Translations under genes and position numbers: made by a program
Part shown: piece by piece, positions 50,280 through 63,119 of the stretch
How the letters are laid out: each line of letters opens with the position of its first letter
How positions within the stretch are numbered: position 1 is the first letter of the stretch
Assembly (NCBI GenBank): GCA_002269645.1
Contig: NIVC01000493.1
Span: forward strand, 434,001 to 498,000
From: Macrostomum lignano
Taxonomy: Eukaryota
Length of the DNA: 64,000 nt
Reading direction: 5' to 3'
Notes under the pieces: model-generated
What the model saw: the letters and a program-made list of their open reading frames with translations, nothing else
Databases searched by the model: none
Told to the model about the DNA's origin: nothing

Positions 50280-51560
50280 GGGATTTCCCTTGGATACTAA
50301 TATCACTTAGCAAGAGAGAATTGCCTTGGATACTAATATTACTTAGCAACAGGGATTTCCTTTGGATACTAATATCACTTAGCAACAGGGATTTTGCTTT
50401 CCTTAGATACCACTATCGCTTAGAGACAGAAAATTCCTTTGGATACTATTCTCTCTCTTAGCAACAGCAATTTCCCTTGGATACTACTCTCTCTTAGCAA
50501 CAGGGATTTCCCTTGGATACTACTCTCTCTTAGCAACAGGGATTTCCCTTGGATACTACTCTCTCTTAGCAACAGGGATTTCCCTTGGATACTACTCTCT
50601 CTTAGCAACAGGGATTTCCCTTGGATACTACTCTCTCTTAGCAACAGGAACTCACCTTGGATACTACTCTCTCTTAGCAACAGGAATTTCCCTTGGATAC
50701 TACTCTCTCTTAGCAACAGGAATTTCCCTTGGATACTACTATCTCTTAGCAACAGGGATTTCCCTTGGATACTACTCTCTCTTAGCAACAGGAATTTCCC
50801 TTGGATACTACTATCTCTTAGCAACAGGGATTTCCCTTGGATACTACTCTCTCTTAGCAACAGGAATTTCCCTTGGATACTACTATCTCTTAGCAACAGG
50901 GATTTCCCTTGGATACTACTCTCTCTTAGCAACAGGAATTTCCCTTGGATACTACTATCTCTTAGCAACAGGGATTTCCCTTGGATACTACTCTCTCTTA
51001 GCAACAGGAATTTCCCTTGGATACTACTATCTCTTAGCAACAGGGATTTCCCTTGGATACTACTCTCTCTTAGCAACAGGGATTTCCCTTGGATACTACT
51101 CTCTCTTAGCAACAGGAACTCACCTTGGATACTACTCTCTCTTAGCAACAGGAATTTCCCTTGGATACTACTCTCTCTTAGCAACAGGAACTCACCTTGG
51201 ATACTACTCTCTCTTAGCAACAGGAATTTCCCTTGGATACTACTCTCTCTTAGCAACAGGAACTCACCTTGGATACTACTCTCTCTTAGCAACAGGAACT
51301 CACCTTGGATACTACTCTCTCTTAGCAACAGGAACTCACCTTGGATACTACTCTCTCTTAGCAACAGGAATTTCCCTTGGATACTACTCTCTTTTAGCAA
51401 CAGGAACTCACCTTGGATACTACTCTCTCTTAGCAACAGGAACTCACCTTGGATACTACTCTCTCTTAGCAACAGGAACTCACCTTGGATACTACTCTCT
51501 CTTAGCAACAGGAACTCACCTTGGATACTACTCTCTCTTAGCAACAGGGATTTTTTCTAC
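50280..51560. repeat. 36-bp minisatellite (TTTCCCTTGGATACTACTCTCTCTTAGCAACAGGGA)n
   Basis: About 31 homogeneous copies plus degenerate 5' units; explains the 374-aa and 389-aa ORFs. Confidence 0.97.
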
Positions 51561-52129
51561 TATTACAAACTGGGGTTTCCCTTGGATAGCAACAAACATA
51601 TCTCTTGAATAGAATTCCTTTAGCAGCAGGGATTTCCTTAGATTCACCGTTGGTTGTCATTGTGAAACATTGGTCCCTAAAGTACAAAAACTTCTTAAAA
51701 GCCTCAGCATCCATGGTTACCAACAATCTAGAATGCTAGATTTGTGCGTGGTCTTTTATTGCTACGAGCTAATGACAGCAGAATGAAAGTGTAATGATAG
51801 CAGTGCACTCGAATGCACTGAATTGCCTACTTAGTAGTATATGATGCATTATACAGGCATTTATATTTTGTTAAGATTTATGGTTTTTTGTGTATATCCC
51901 GTAGTAGATGTGCATGGTACACAGTCTTAGTAGTTTTAGTAAATTAATAAGCATAACTTTGCATGTCATAAGTAAGCATTTTCTTTGATGTGTTTCTCAT
52001 GCAGCCACTGTATCAGAGCGTATTAAAAGATACACTTAAAATGAAGTGGTGCCCATTGGACACTATGAATACTGGCTAATTCTATGCTGACACCTGATTA
52101 TTGAACAGTTTAAAGAGAATTGCTGTATG

Positions 52130-53950
52130 GTTGAGAATCACTCCCGTGTATGCTTGAGAATCACTGCCGTGTGTGGTTGAGAATCACTCCCGTGGATGGC
52201 TGAGAATCACTCCCGTGTATGGTTGAGAATCACTCCCGTGTATGGTTGAGAATCACTCCCGTGTATGGTTGAGAATCACTCCCGTGTATGGTTGAGAATC
52301 ACTCCCGTGTATGGTTGAGAATCACTCCCGTGGATGGTTGAGAATCACTCCCGTGTATGGTTGAGAATCACTCCCGTGTATGGTTGAGAATCACTCCCGT
52401 GTATGGTTGAGAATCACTCCCGTGTATGGTTGAGAATCACTCCCGTGGATGGTTGAGAATCACTCCCGTGTATGGTTGAGAATCACTCCGTGTATGGTTG
52501 AGAATCACTCCCGTGTATGGCTGAGAATCACTCCCGTGTATGGTTGAGAATCACTCCCGTGTATGGTTGAGAATCACTCCCGTGTATGGTTGAGAATCAC
52601 TCCCGTGTATGGTTGAGAATCACTCCCGTGTATGGTTGAGAATCACTCCCGTGGATGGTTGAGAATCACTCCCGTGTATGGTTGAGAATCACTCCCGTGT
52701 ATGGTTGAGAATCACTCCCGTGTATGGTTGAGAATCACTCCCGTGGATGGTTGAGAATCACTCCCGTGTATGGCTGAGAATCACTCCCGTGGATGGCTGA
52801 GAATCACTCCCGTGTATGGTTGAGAATCACTCCCGTGTATGGCTGAGAATCACTCCCGTGTATGGTTGAGAATCACTCCCGTGTATGGTTGAGAATCACT
52901 CCCGTGGATGGCTGAGAATCACTCCCGTGTATGGTTGAGAATCACTCCCGTGTATGGTTGAGAATCACTCCCGTGTATGGTTGAGAATCACTCCCGTGTA
53001 TGGTTGAGAATCACTCCGTGTATGGTTGAGAATCACTCCCGTGGATGGTTGAGAATCACTCCCGTGGATGGTTGAGAATCACTCCCGTGTATGGTTGAGA
53101 ATCACTCCCGTGTATGGTTGAGAATCACTCCCGTGTATGGTTGAGAATCACTCCCGTGTATGGTTGAGAATCACTCCCGTGTATGGTTGAGAATCACTCC
53201 CGTGTATGGTTGAGAATCACTCCCGTGTATGGTTGAGAATCACTCCCGTGTATGGCTGAGAATCACTCCCGTGTATGGTTGAGAATCACTCCCGTGTATG
53301 GTTGAGAATCACTCCCGTGTATGGTTGAGAATCACTCCCGTGTATGGTTGAGAATCACTCCCGTGGATGGCTGAGAATCACTCCCGTGTATGGTTGAGAA
53401 TCACTCCCGTGTATGGTTGAGAATCACTCCCGTGGATGGTTGAGAATCACTCCCGTGTATGGTTGAGAATCACTCCCGTGTATGGTTGAGAATCACTCCC
53501 GTGTATGGTTGAGAATCACTCCCGTGTATGGTTGAGAATCACTCCCGTGTATGGTTGAGAATCACTCCCGTGGATGGTTGAGAATCACTCCCGTGTATGG
53601 TTGAGAATCACTCCCGTGTATGGTTGAGAATCACTCCCGTGTATGGTTGAGAATCACTCCCGTGTATGGTTGAGAATCACTCCCGTGTATGGTTGAGAAT
53701 CACTCCCGTGGATGGTTGAGAATCACTCCCGTGTATGGTTGAGAATCACTCCCGTGTATGGTTGAGAATCACTCCCGTGTATGGTTGAGAATCACTCCCG
53801 TGGATGGTTGAGAATCACTCCCGTGTATGGTTGAGAATCACTCCCGTGTATGGTTGAGAATCACTCCCGTGTATGGTTGAGAATCACTCCCGTGGATGGT
53901 TGAGAATCACTCCCGTGGATGGTTGAGAATCACTCCCGTGTATGGTTGAA
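52130..53950. repeat. 23-bp minisatellite (GGTTGAGAATCACTCCCGTGTAT)n, ~79 copies
   Basis: Highly homogeneous; only GTGGAT and GGCTGA variants are common. Confidence 0.98.
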
Positions 53951-54599
53951 AATTGTTTTTATTTTCAGGTAGTTGGCATTTTTGTAAATAATTTCATTTT
54001 GCTGTTATTCCCCGAAGTAATGGAATCACAGTCACAGTGTTTAAAAATATAAATTTTTCTTAGAAAATCGCTACAGTTTCTAAGAAACCAGCTTTTTTCT
54101 GAAAAGGTGAAACATGGAGAAACTTGTGGTTTATTAGAGTTAGACTTTGATTAGAATTTGAAATAAAAAATGCTACGGAAACAGTTTTTTCGATACATAT
54201 CGGTAGGCTTGGTGTTTTTATTATTGTTTTTCCTTTCAACGCGTCGCTTGCAGGCGGAACTGGGGCAGCGGCCGTTCGACCGACACGCCTGACGAGAGTT
54301 CCGCCGTCTACCGACTCTTGAAATGAAAAAAATGCGTAGGATTAAGGGCCTGAGCACTGGCTGTTTTTTTGCTCTGATTTCATCTCGGAGACTTTTTTGG
54401 GTTTGCTCACGTTGCCTAGGTATTGTTACTCGGATTGGGGCAGTTGCTTTTTCAATTTTTCAGTCGCTGCTATAAAAAGCGTTTTTGTTGATTTATTTAA
54501 AGTATTGGCTAATTAAAAAGGCAATATTTTATTTGGCATGCTTAGCCTATTGTTAATAAGTTTATGTAAATTTAGCTACCCCATGTTTTGTGATTTTGT

Positions 54600-55900
54600 G
54601 ATCTAAGAATCCGGATCCCAAACATGAGAATCCCAATCCCGAATCTGAGAATCCCAATCCCAAATCTGAGAATCCCAATCCCAAATCTGAGAATCCCAAT
54701 CCCAAATCTGAGAATCCCAATCCCAAATCTGAGAATCCCAATCCCAAATCTGAGAATCCCAATCCCAAACATGAGAATCCCAATCCCGAATCTGAGAATC
54801 CCAATCCCGAGTCCCAGAATCCCAAACCCGAATCCGAGAATCCCAAACCCGAATCTGAGAATTCCAAACCCGAATCTGAGAATCCCAAACCCGAATCCGA
54901 GAATCCCAATCCCGAATCCGAGAATCCCAATCCCGAATCTGAGAATTCCAAACCCGAATCTGAGAATCCCAAACCCGAATCCGAGAATCCCAATCCCGAA
55001 TCCCAGAATCCCAAACCCGAATCCGAGAATCCCAAACCCGAATCCGAGAATCCGGATCCGAAACATGAGAATCCCAATCCCGAATCTGAGAATCCCAATC
55101 CCGAATCCGAGAATCCCAAACCCGAATCTGAGAATCCCAAACCCGAATCCGAGAATCCCAAACCCGAATCCGAGAATCCGGATCCGAAACATGAGAATCC
55201 CAATCCCGAATCTGAGAATCCGGATCCGAATCTGAGAATCCCAATGCCGAATCTGAGAATCCCAATCCCGAATCTGAGAATCCGGATCCGAATCTGAGAA
55301 TCCCAATCCCGAATCTGAGAATCCCAATCCCGAATCTGAGAATCCCAAACCCGAATCCGAGAATCCCAAACCCGAATCCGAGAATCCGGATCCGAAACAT
55401 GAGAATCCCAATCCCGAATCTGAGAATCCGGATCCGAATCTGAGAATCCGGATCCGAATCTGAGAATCCCAATGCCAAATCTGAGAATCCCAATCCCGAA
55501 TCTGAGAATCCCAAACCCGAATCCGAGAATCCCAATCCCGAATCTGAGAATCCCAATCCCGAATCTGAGAATCCCAATCCCGAATCTGAGAATCCGGATC
55601 CGAATCTGAGAATCCCAATCCCGAATCCGAGAATCCCAATCCCGAATCTGAGAATCCCAAACCCGAATCTGAGAATCCCAATCCCGAATCTGAGAATCCC
55701 AAACCCGAATCCGAGAATCCGGATCCGAAACATGAGAATTCCAATCCCGAATCCGAGAATCCCAAACCCGAATCCGAGAATCCCAATCCCCAATCCCAGA
55801 ATCCCAAACCCGAATCCGAGAATCCCAATCCCCAATCCCAGAATCCCAAACCCTAATCCGAGAATCCCAATCCCTAATCCCAGAATCCCAATCCCTCAAG
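54600..55900. repeat. 21-bp minisatellite (GAGAATCCCAATCCCGAATCT)n
   Basis: About 60 copies; explains the 400+ aa repeat ORFs. Confidence 0.97.
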
Positions 55901-57079
55901 GGAGAGAGATTCTCAAGGAGTGTGGGGCCGAGAGGCAGATCCAGGGGTGCAAAAGTGATGAATCTTAAAGTGATGATTCTCCTTTATTTACCGCAGCCAA
56001 CCACCTACTTAGCCAATGTCTACCTAATTCCGCTTATGTCGTTGTTGCTTCTTTGAAGAATTGTTTCGTTTCCAAAGCAGAATTTTCACAGAATCAACAT
56101 AAGCTTCATCAGATGAAACCAAGCCTCACCCAATTGCTTATTATATATGTCCTTTATTTATTGTATTTTGGTGTACTTTTTCTGTTTTATCGGATTGCAG
56201 TTTATTCAGAAATCATGGCAGCGCTACTGTAAGTAGCAATTACAGTACTCCGCCCCCCCCCGCATTGTACAGGCGCCAGACGGGGCTCCGGTTGCGCTAC
56301 CCACGTCGGCCGGTTCACTGTGCTGCCTATTGCTGAGTCGGCGGACTCCGCCCAGCAGTCCTAGCCCAGCTGCCGGCACCGGTTCAACCCCCCTCCATCC
56401 CGGTTTGGCCCGTCAATTCACCTCACTTTCTTTTCTCCGTAATTTGTGCGATGAACCAAAAATAACAACATAAAATTCCAGTTTGCATGTTCCAATCTGC
56501 CTACTGCTGTTGCACTGTCAGTAGTATGGCTAGCACGTTTTTATTAAATCGGGTTTTCTTTGGCTTACTCTGATTGCTGCTTTGGTTATTTTTTTAATTC
56601 CTTGTTTCCTATCATCTCCCTTGATGCTTTAAATACCTCCCATATTTCTTAATGATGCAACCTTTTTGTCGTGTAGATCTCCGAAACCAACCATTCCATT
56701 TTTGGTGACGATCGAAGCAATTTGTCTTCTCTAACTAATCTTGTAACTGTCATTAACAGTTGAAATCTATATCGGATCTTATCAGATAGAGCTGTTCCAA
56801 TGTGTCTCAATGCATCCGCCTGCAGGCCAATGGGTCTGCTGCCGTATTGCTTTAAGATCCTCCAACCTCCAACTTATGTTCATATGTCACGTTGCTGTAT
56901 GCATAGAAATTATCATTGTCGCCTTTTGTGTATGTGTGTGATTCATTGGTTTGCAATGCTAGATTTTTGTATTAAATTAATTTTAGGACTTGTCAATATA
57001 AGTGCTTTGGAATCAATTTTTATCAGATCTTGTAATAGAATTGTTTCTAGAATTAAAATTGAATTAATGACATTGTCTA

Positions 57080-57480
57080 TGGCCACTTATAGCTGAGTAA
57101 TGGCACTGTCTATGGTCAGTTGCAGCTGAGTAATGGCACTGCATATGGCCAGTTGCAGCTGAGTAAAGGCACTACTCGTATCTATGGTCAGTTGCAGCTT
57201 AGTAATGGCACTATCTATGGTCAGTTGCAGCTGAGTAAAGGCACTTCATATGGCCAGTTGCAGCTGAGTAAAGGCACTACTCGTATCTATGGTCAGTTGC
57301 AGCTGAGTAATGGCACTGTCTATGGCCAGTTGCAGCTGAGTTATGGCACTGTCTATGGCCAGTTGCAGCTGAGTAATGGCACTGTCTATGGCCAGTTGTG
57401 GCTGGGGTAATGGCACTGTCTATGGCTAGTTGCAGCTGAGTAATGGCACTGTTTATGGCCAGTTGCAGCTGGGATAATGG
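57080..57480. repeat. 33-bp minisatellite (TATGGCCAGTTGCAGCTGAGTAATGGCACTGTC)n
   Basis: About 12 copies. Confidence 0.93.
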
Positions 57481-58239
57481 CACACGAAAAATATAATTCT
57501 ATCTGATACAATTCTTTCTATTCCGATGTGTTCCTACATCCACTCAGTCCCATTTGCTGCCTCTGTGCAATAGTCTCGTCAATCAGTTCCATTTTGCTGC
57601 TTTAATTGCCGGAAATAAATGTACTGACTTCCTAATTGCTGTTGCCATTGCCTGTCCCAATCTGTTCACGTTTTGTTGGGTTTTCCAATTTTTTTCTTCT
57701 AATATCCCCCGCCCTTCAATGTTGCTAACTGCTTATTGCCTTCTGCTTTTGCAAATTTTAGACCTTGGTGTTTAAACACGCGGTTAATGTGCTTTCCATT
57801 ACGCCTTGTCAGACAGAGCAAAATTACTAATAACAGCAGAGTCAATTGTCTCTGTCCCGTGCTTTGCTAATTTAATAATTTATTTATTAACTTCCTCTTC
57901 CAAAACAGAATTGACAAAAGCAGACTAATTGAAATTGCGATTGCATTGGTTGGCCATTTTGCTTTTTAAAAAAACTAGTTTGTAAATATTTTGTTATAAC
58001 TGTTGCAGATCGAATCGCTTAATAGCAGTCCTCAGAGTCTTTGAATCGCTTCTTTCAATTCATAATAAGTTAATATATTTAAATATATAAATATGCCCGA
58101 TTTAAACAAATTCTCACTTCGCCACATTTTTCATGCCAATTGGCAAATTTGCAATCCAGTTGCTTTGTCGCTTCCGGCATCATCTGATTCGAAATTCGCG
58201 CTTGCGGTGCTCGTCTCTTCTCATTCAATCGGTTGGGGC

Positions 58240-59155
58240 GGGCAGTGAAGCGGGGGCGACGGAGGGTGGTGGTGAAGGAGGGTGAGGGGAGAGGAGAGTG
58301 AGGGGGTTAAGGGTGAGGGGGGAGGAGAGTGAGGGGGAGGAGAGTGAGGGGGAGGAGGGGAGGGGGAGGGGGGAGGAGAGTGACGGGGAAGAAGGGTGAC
58401 GGGGGAGGAGAGTGAGGGGATTAAGGGTGAGGGGGAGGAGAGTGAGGGGGAAGGAGGGTGAGAGGGGAGGAGAGTGAGGGGGAGGAGAGTGAGGGGGAGG
58501 AGAGTGAGGGGGAGGGGGAGGAGAGTGAGGGGGAAGGAGGGTGAGAGGGGAGGAGAGTGAGGGGGAGGACGGGGAGGGGAGGGGAGGAGAGTGACGGGGA
58601 AGGAGGGTGACGGGGGAGGAGAGTGAGGGGGGGGAGGGGGAGGGGAGGAGAGTGAGGGGGAGGAGGGAGGAGAGTGAAGGGGACGGAGAGTGAGGGGGTT
58701 AAGGGTGAGGGGGGAGGAGAGTGAGGGGGAAGGAGGGTGAGAGGGGAGGAGAGTGAGGGGGTTAAGGGTGAGGGGGGAGAGTGAGGGGGAAGGAGGGTGA
58801 GAGGGAGGAGAGTGAGGGGGAGGAGAGTGAGGGGAGGAGGGGGAGGGGGAGGAGAGTGAGGGGGAAGGAGGGTGAGAGGGGAGGAGAGTGAGGGGGAGGA
58901 GAGTGAGGGGGAGGAGGGGGAGGGGGAGGGGAGGAGAGTGAGGGGGAGGAGGGGGAGGGGGAGGAGAGTGACGGGGAAGGAGGGTGACGGGGGAGGAGAG
59001 TGAGGGGGCGGAGGGGGAGGGGAGGAGAGTGAGGGGGAGGAGAATGACGCGGAAGGAGAGTGACGGGGGAAGGAGAGTGGGGGGAAGGAAGATGAGGGGG
59101 GAGGAGAGTGAGGGGGAAGAGTGACAGGGGAGCAGAATGACACGGAGGGGCAAGA
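58240..59155. repeat. Polypurine (GA-rich) tract with degenerate GAGAGTGAGGGGGAG units
   Basis: About 900 bp almost entirely G/A. Confidence 0.95.
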
Positions 59156-59174
59156 GTGACTGAAAGAGGGCCCC

Positions 59175-59310
59175 CTATGGCGCTAAACTGGGTTGCCCTA
59201 TGGCGCTAAACTGAGTTGCCTTATAGCGCTAAACTGAGTTGCCTTATATATGGCGCTAAACTAAGAGACCTGAGGCGCTAAACGGAGAGGCCTGAGGCGC
59301 TAAACTGAAT
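59175..59310. repeat. Short GCGCTAAACTGAGT-core repeat, array 1
   Basis: About 6 degenerate copies. Confidence 0.85.
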
Positions 59311-60054
59311 AAAATATATGCTTCAGTTATATATGGCACAAAAATCAATACTAGCCCAACGCCCCAATTCCCTAAATTAATATGTGAATTTTTGCCGGCC
59401 CCACTAGCCGGCCATAAAAAATCCATGGCTCGGTCCCCCTGTGCTTCGGGTTCCCGGCTTGGTTAGTCAGCCGCTTTGCAGTCCCACTTTAAATTGGCCT
59501 CGCTGTCCGGAACTGATGTTGCTACAAGAGAAATTATGGCTAATCCATGCTGCCAGTCGTCAGAGCGCACTGATTGGGGTGAGGCAGCGACACTGAGTTG
59601 AGCGTTAATGAGGGCCCATTTCTAAGAAAGAAAGGGTCGATCCTTTTCTATCTGTCTCTCTCTCCTTCCGCCCACTTGTTTTACATTGTCCAGCTCGTTA
59701 GGATTTACATGGAGCTGCATGGTCTGGCTGCCAGCGAGGTGCCCTGGCCGCAATCAAGGAGCTCTTAGATCCATGGAGTCGGGAAGTTTTAGCCCAGCTC
59801 CGCGCTGTCTTCATCAGCTCATTAGGCACTTGGGAAACACTGGGAAATATATATAAATTTAATTTATTCAGCTATCAAATGGGAATAACTCGACGTTCTA
59901 TTGTGTATAAACTGAGAGTTTTGCGTGAGATTCTGTGCCAGTCGTGAGGCCTTGCCGTGACTGCTGCCTTGATCCGCATTTTCAGACTTTTCAGGGCTGC
60001 TTGCACGATTTCAGTTTGCACGCAAAACATAGACGAGTTTCTGAGAGTTGGTTT

Positions 60055-60400
60055 AAACTGAGTGCACTGTGGCGCTAAACTGAGTGCCCTGTGGCGCTAA
60101 ACTGGGTGCCTTCATGACACTAAACTGAGTGCCTTCATGACACTAAACTGAGTGCCCTGTGGCGCTAAACTGAGTGCCTTCATGACACTAAACTGAGTGC
60201 CTTCATGACACTAAACTGAGTGCCTTCATGACACTAAACTGAGTGCCTTCATGACACTAAACTGAGTGCCTTCATGACACTAAACTGAGTGCCTTCATGA
60301 CACTAAACTGAGTGCCTTCATGACACTAAACTGAGTGCCTTCATGACACTAAACTGAGTGCCTTCATGACACTAAACTGAGTGCCTGTGTAGCTAAACTG
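60055..60400. repeat. 23-bp minisatellite (TAAACTGAGTGCCTTCATGACAC)n, same core as 59175-59310
   Basis: About 15 copies. Confidence 0.93.
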
Positions 60401-60689
60401 GGGTCCTCAAATACTAAAACTGTTACTCAAATATGGAGAAAATTTATTAATCCTTAAAATTCGCCCAATTCTCAGAAGCTCGGCACTACTATATGAACCC
60501 GAATGGCGCGATTTTGGAGGTGAGGTGGGTGTCAACCCTCCTCGCCTCTCATTGGCTGGCGCCCCGATCACTAGGTGATCGATACCCGTATCGATATCGG
60601 CGCTCGGCGCGCGCGCGCGCCGCAGGCGCCAAGCGCCGCAGGCGACCCTCCCCAGCCGCAGGCGCACCTACCGATATTAGATCCCAATA

Positions 60690-60910
60690 AATCAATCAGA
60701 TCCCAAATCAATCAGATCCCAAATCAATCAGATCCCAAGCGCACCCTCCCGAGCCGCAGGCGCCCATGCCGCAGGCACCCCGAGTGTACACTCTACCGAG
60801 CCGCAGGCACCCCGAGTGTACACTCTACCGAGCCGCAGGCACCCCGAGTGTACACTCTACCGAGCCAAAGGTACACTCTACCACTCTCCCGATATGTACA
60901 CTCTACCACT
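60690..60910. repeat. GC-rich repeat cluster: 16-bp x3 and 32-bp x3 containing the palindrome GAGTGTACACTC
   Basis: AATCAATCAGATCCCA repeats; CGAGTGTACACTCTACCGAGCCGCAGGCACCC at 60781 and 60813. Confidence 0.85.
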
Positions 60911-61743
60911 CTTCCGATATGTAGTCAACGATATTAGGCTAGTGAAAACTACTTATAGTAGATGAAATTGCGTATATTTACATAAAAATGTAGATAAAAC
61001 ATATTGGTAGGTGAATAATGACGCATATTGCATATTAAAATGTACATATTGGAGCATATGAGCAGCAAAAACACACAATGTAGGTGTATGGGCAGAAATA
61101 GACAAAGCAGGTACTGTAGGCGCTACATAGGTGGAAATACACACAGCAGGTTTACAAAGTGTACTTTCGATACATATCGGGTTAATGTATAAAGCAGGTT
61201 TACAAGGCATGCATAAGGTGTAGTTGTATAATACAGGCACGCATGTATAATCAGATTATAGGCAAACGCCCAGGTGCAACAGACGCGTAAATAATGTCAC
61301 ACCGACTAAAGAGTAAATATTGTCTAACCCGCAGGTGCATAAAAATTTTAAACAAAAGCGGTTCGGGGAAATCCCAAAAGGGAGGTTCACGGCCTAATGA
61401 CCCGATATACTTTCAACACAATTAAACCCACAAGTGGGCTAGAAAAATGGACAACGTATTTCGATTGCGCTATCAGTACGCTAATCAGCGCAGCAAGTTC
61501 ATGTCAGGAGTTCTACTCCAAGAGGCGGACCGCTGGGCCACAAACCGCCCCGAGGGAATAGGTGTCAAATGGGAGTTTTAACACTTGAGGGGATCCCGCT
61601 CAATGTACAGTGGAGGTGCCAAATGAGTAAGGACCCTAAGTACAGTGCGGGCGTAAAACCATTTTCATCCCCACGAGTCAAGGGATCCCAAGTGGGCACA
61701 TAGGGGAATCCCAGGCGTGCAAAGACAGATCCTTATCTTTCAC

Positions 61744-62137
61744 TCACTCCCGAAAGCCATACGGGCGGCTAGCGGCCCCATACACCCTCTTAGTCATTAC
61801 GCGCTGGAAAGTCTTGTCCATCTCGAGGGTCCGGATTGTACAGCTAGCCTTATCGCGCCTGAACTGGGCCTGGGGCAGGCGTACAGTCCCGCCGTGACGC
61901 AGAATTTCCTGCAGCTCGTCCTCGCGCTCGGAAATCTCGGGGGTGACTCTGATGCCCTTGCACTTGAGCACCGAGTACAGCGACCCGTCGGGCTTCTCCA
62001 CCACGTACCGGTAGAGCTTGGGGCCTCCCGTGGTGAACTGTACCATGCGGCAGCCAGCAGGTACCTCGTCAGTCCACTGCCCCAAACTCGAACCGCCCGG
62101 AGGCTCGTACTCGCCCGGAGAGCAGCGGTATACGACC
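61744..62137 (-). CDS. Protein-primed DNA polymerase B, last exon
   Basis: Acceptor CCTCCCAG at 62138; S-VVYRC..LGQWTDE..GPKLY..LKCKGI..KR..SRPYGF-stop. Confidence 0.92.
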
Positions 62138-62207
62138 CTGGGAGGAGGAGAAGGATAAAGTGTTAAGGGGAGAAAGAGAGACAGAGACAGTTGAAAAAAT
62201 TACTCAC

Positions 62208-62501
62208 GAATCAGTATCGGCGTAAATGACGCGGGTTCCTAGACCCTCCAGAGCCTCGTAGAGTCGCAGCCGGGCGTGGGAGGTGGTGAAAACGCCAATA
62301 GGTACATTAGCGTACTTGAACGCCCGCTCGCCAGCACCGCCAAATCGGGGCTTGTACTCGAGCATCATGAAGCTCTCCCCAATTGGCTCGCACGACTTGA
62401 CCTTGATCGAGGGGTCGGTCAGGCGCTGCAGCCACGCCTCGTAGCTGTCCACAATCTCTGTGGAGGTCAGGTCGTCGCGCTGGCAGAATTTGCCCCAGAG
62501 C
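62208..62501 (-). CDS. Protein-primed DNA polymerase B, exon (motif B end to motif C)
   Basis: S-LWGKF..NVPIGVFTTSHARLRLY..VIYADTDS; acceptor CCCTGCAG at 62502, donor TC|GTGAGT at 62207. Confidence 0.93.
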
Positions 62502-62571
62502 CTGCAGGGAAAAATAAATTTTTTTTTGTAAGTAGAAAAACACGGCCCCCACTGCAAGTAGAAAAACTTAC

Positions 62572-63119
62572 GAGTTTAGAAAAATCTTGGCCACAAAGCG
62601 CAAGCCAGGATTCTCCTCCACCTTTTCCAGCCGGACGCCTTCGCGCTCGAAAAAGCTGGCCATGTAGGCAGCCTTGGCGTCCTCAGCCATCCCCGGCGAA
62701 CCGCTAGACTCGGCTTTGAGCTTTAAAAAAGTGTTTACGTAATCTGCAAACAGGCCCGTGCGAGTCTCGGTCCAATAGGCCAGGGCATGAACTGACTGCA
62801 GCTTGTAACCCAACTGCAGGGCTTTGTGGAGCTCTGGGGTCGACCACGTGCCGCGGAGCATTCTCTCAGCGTCAGTGTGTGTACACTCGCTGCTGCACTG
62901 GGTCTCCATGCAGACGCGGCAGAGGCCGAAAACCAGCTTCTTGTTAATCTTGGCGGGCAGTAGCGGGATGTGGAGATTGGTTGGCGGCAGAATCGACACC
63001 TCGGCGATGCCAAAATACCGGGCCAGCTGCAGCTCATCCAGTAGATGAGGCTCGGGGTGGTGAACCGGGTGCCCGACCGGGTACTTGTCAAACTTGTTGA
63101 CAGTCGGGTAGAGCGACAC
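62572..63119 (-). CDS. Protein-primed DNA polymerase B, exon (motif A to motif B)
   Basis: VSLYPTVN..YPVGHP..GTW..PEL..YVNTFLKLKAESSG..NPGLRFVAKIFLNS; acceptor CCCCTAG at 63120, donor TC|GTAAGT at 62571. Confidence 0.93.

Noticed and set aside
54250-54330. Hammerhead or HDV-like ribozyme (CTGACGA-GAGT..ACTC-TT-GAAA; stem GGCGGAACT/AGTTCCGCC)
   Set aside because: Two extra nt precede GAAA, there is no NUH cleavage triplet or stem III, and the HDV P3/P1 order does not fit. An Infernal search would settle it.
60953-61240. 95-aa minus-strand ORF downstream of PolB as a Polinton accessory gene
   Set aside because: AT-rich, no recognisable motif, and a length compatible with chance.
61717-62166. 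149-aa plus-strand ORF
   Set aside because: Antisense shadow of the last PolB exon.
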